Origin: Elsinoe ampelina
Lineage: Eukaryota
DNA: 64,000 nt
Reading direction: 5' to 3'
NCBI GenBank assembly: GCA_010093995.1
Contig: ML992511.1
Location: 1,144,172 to 1,208,171 of the forward strand
Positions 61,231 to 64,000 of the stretch are shown piece by piece. The notes under the pieces are model-generated. The model made no database searches. It was not told the DNA's origin and was given only the letters and a program-made list of their open reading frames with translations. How positions within the stretch are numbered: the stretch's first letter is position 1; every line of letters begins with the position of its first letter. The translations under genes and the position numbers were made by a program.

Positions 61231-62641
61231 TTACAGCTTCCCCTCGTCCACCAGTCTCCTGATCGTATCGATACTGGCCTCTACAGCCAGCTGCGCGCCT
61301 TTGCTATTTCTCTCGTAAAACTCGTGTACATGTCCTCTGACAGAAAGCGGTTTTCCGTCAACAAGGATGGAGCCTTTGATTGTTCCATCGGTCTTACGTT
61401 GGGCCAACATATCCAAGAGAGTTGTTTTTCCGGCACCGGATGCTCCCATCAGAGCTCCCAACTCTCCAGGCTTCACCCACCCGTGGACATCATTGAGAAG
61501 TACTGGTGGACCGGAGGGGGTCTGAACGGTATATGTCAGATTCTGCCATGTGAAGGCGGACTTGTTACGATTCAGTTGTGTCTCGACACGCTGCAGACTG
61601 TTGTTGTCGGATGTACCACTCGAGACTGGTAGGGTCTTTTCGCTTGGCAGCTGCTCCTCATCGTTGGACTGCTGATGGGCCTTCTTGATCAATTCTCTGG
61701 GCACAAGTAGCATGCCATTTTGCGCAGAGGTCTCAGACCAACGCGAGGTGAAGAAGATGGTGAGGGCGGAGTAGAAGAGCCACCAGACCCTGGTCATGTC
61801 CATGCAGGACATCTTCATGCAGATTGTTTCAATTTACCAAACGATGCCGACACTCCTCCAGAGATCATCGTAACTGTATCGAAGACTGTCCGAGTATTGC
61901 ACAACGATCACAGCACTTGAACCGAGGGATGCTCCCAGAGCTCCAGTACAAGCTTGACTGAGAGCTGACTCGTAGCCTGGACTACCTGGGAACAAGATTT
62001 GTACCAACTCAAGATATCGTTTTATCATGGAACTCGTTGGCAAGGGTTGAATTGAAGGCGTACGAGAAAGTGTTGATCCAGTATATCCAGACGAACCACG
62101 GGTGCATGTCCGGCTTGGGGATCATGCCCAGGTAGGGAGCAGCGCAAGGACTGAAACATACCTGACAGCTTGGTTGCGGCATCGAAGTTGGGAAAGCCGG
62201 CGCCGATGGCTCTGAATAGAGAGGTAAGGCAGAAGGTTATGCCTACCAGAGTAAAGCAGTAGATGAAGAAGGCTTCAGCGCTGTAGATTAGTCCAACCAT
62301 AAAGTATACCACAAGAGACCAGACGGACACCTAAAGCAGGATGATTGGGGTATGAGTGATGATTTGGGAAAGGCACCATGCTGCAGAATGAAGGAAGGTG
62401 AATCCACGGTCTTTTGCTAGCACAGGTCGTCCAGAGAAAGAGTCCATGACTTCCAGTCGTGAGATGAGAGCGTTGAATAGAAGATGAACAGATTATTCCA
62501 GGTGACACCAAGTCTTCGGTGGACTCGGCTTGTACTTGAGCTGTCATGTGTATCCTCTCGAGAGGCCAGGCTGACTTCGTGCAGAAGCTGCCAGTCGTCC
62601 CATGTCGCGGCATCAGGCGACTTTCCGTCGTCTAACGACAT
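61231..62641 (-). pseudogene. Collapsed PDR-type (ABCG) ABC transporter pseudogene
   Basis: Ordered fragments RRLGVTWNNL, LLFNALISRLEVMDSFSGRPVLAK, an in-frame TAG at 62333..62331, [30 protein letters not shown]...[16 protein letters not shown]. Frameshifts and large deletions. Only about 1.4 kb remains. Confidence 0.85.
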
Positions 62642-63278
62642 GCCTGGTGGTAGGACTTGTCTTGAGCAGATGGGTTAGGAATAAAGGGTAGATTAAAGTG
62701 TGTATGCTTTGGCTGATACGACATGTCAGGGTGGCAAAGGTATAGTAGACAGATGAAAGGCACCTATGCCTAGGAGGTTGATGGCAGAGTAATTGAGGCA
62801 AGGTGGAATGCTGTATCTCTTGACCATCTTGGCCTGCAAACAATCGGTTATGCATGTTGATCCGATCATTCATGGAATCTGATGAATGGTGGTGATTCCG
62901 GTCGACATCACGTTGGTGTGGTAGTAATCATTTACGAAGGTTGGAGGCTCCGTGCTGCTACGGAACAGGGTGTAGTCGGACGACTGTAGCATATAGGGAC
63001 CAGGACACGGCCGCGTTTGTCCGCAAGCTGCTAGGATTGCTGCGACGTGTTCGCTCTTCTAGGCAGAACAGGTGGACGTCGTTACTAAGGCTCCCGTGTG
63101 GTTTACTGATCCTGCCTGAGCCAATTAGGTCCACGCGTGAGTGATATCGAACCTTGCCCGTTGGCCCTGGATTGATCGGATTGATCACGCCGTTGATGTT
63201 TGGCGAGTATTTCATGTCCACGATGAGTGTTGGAAGAGCGGGATCTCGAGTTGATAGACAGAGATGATTGAGCATAAA

Positions 63279-64000
63279 ATGTCATCAGCAACCACCAGCA
63301 AACCGGCAAAGTCCCACAAACCGCGTGCGTCAATCTCCGAACTCGATCCCGTGGCCGCTCAGGTACATTTCCTTCTTGCATCCGCACCTTAGCAACACGG
63401 CCGGCTCGCTGACTCTCTTTAGCGACGGAGAGCGCAGACATGCAAGGCCCAACGAGCCTACCGTCAGCGGAGGAAGGACGAGATCGAGTCCCTGAGTAGC
63501 CGCGTCAACCACCTGTCGACCACCATCGAGGACCTGACCCAATGCTTCCTCGGCCTGACAGACAAGATACTGTCTTCACCATGGATTCAAGAGCGTGCAG
63601 AGGTTGCGTCGGACGTGCAAGCGGGTATAAAGAAGTTCATCGACATCACTCAAGCCGCCGAAGCACATATTGAAAATGAACAAGAGGATGCTCCACAAGA
63701 CAAGGATGCGGGCGATACAAAGAGGTCTACGTCAATGGACATGAGCAACTCTTCTGGTAGTATTTCCGTCTTCGATACTACCAGTCCACAATTCTCTGCG
63801 CAGTCTGGCGAGTTGGTGCCGGCTCACTTCAACAGTGCATCCTTCACTGCTGGTAACCCATGGCTGTCTGGACCTTTCATCAATAGCACACTCCCGGTTC
63901 TGCCAGTGTCGCCGATGGAGAATGGACCCCTGGCTTTCGCTCGTCGACTGTTCTATACCTGCATTCAATGCGCATTCGACCTCGCTTCTCGACCAGCCGA
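63279..64000 (+). CDS. bZIP-like transcription factor (partial, runs off the window)
   Basis: Exon 1 63279..63362, intron 63363..63422, then RRRAQTCKAQRAYRQRRKDEIESLSSRVNHLSTTIEDL (basic region plus heptads). Frame stays open to the window end, including FARRL. Confidence 0.75.

Noticed and set aside
62958..63275. 105-aa minus-strand ORF between the ABC relic and the bZIP gene
   Set aside because: No recognisable homology. Lies in the probable bZIP promoter.
1..64000. tRNA, rRNA or snoRNA genes and autonomous transposons
   Set aside because: None recognised by eye. tRNAscan-SE, Infernal and a repeat search would be needed to exclude them.

Overview
Eukaryotic, intron-containing (GT-AG, CTRAC branch points) genomic DNA from a filamentous ascomycete (Pezizomycotina; finer taxonomy cannot be fixed from sequence alone). 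Bases 1-25.7 kb are a dense block of mostly conserved housekeeping genes: partial TRM11, SSK2 MAPKKK, Cus2/Tat-SF1-like, DAK, Sld3-like, PAP2 phosphatase, amidase, GIR2, ACL4, RPL35, GOS1, ATP10 and an X-family DNA polymerase. From about 26 kb the window looks accessory. It holds three PTH11-like membrane proteins, an FAD monooxygenase, a GH3 beta-glucosidase, a Mutator-type MITE with a 9-bp TSD, a small 8-Cys secreted protein, DUF4360, a subtilisin, a delta-8 sphingolipid desaturase, a collapsed PDR-type ABC pseudogene and a partial bZIP gene. The most interesting element is a compact six-gene cluster at 42.5-55.5 kb: BVMO-type flavin monooxygenase, UNC-93-like MFS transporter, MDR reductase, two convergent DmoA/NtaA/DszA-like luciferase-like monooxygenases and a Dur3-like solute symporter. 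It has no backbone synthase and I infer an uncharacterised uptake and oxidative catabolism (possibly organosulfur scavenging) pathway. Several sharp C/A-rich to G/T-rich skew switches independent of gene orientation are also visible. All gene identities come from motif recognition, not database searches, and exon boundaries were inferred by eye.
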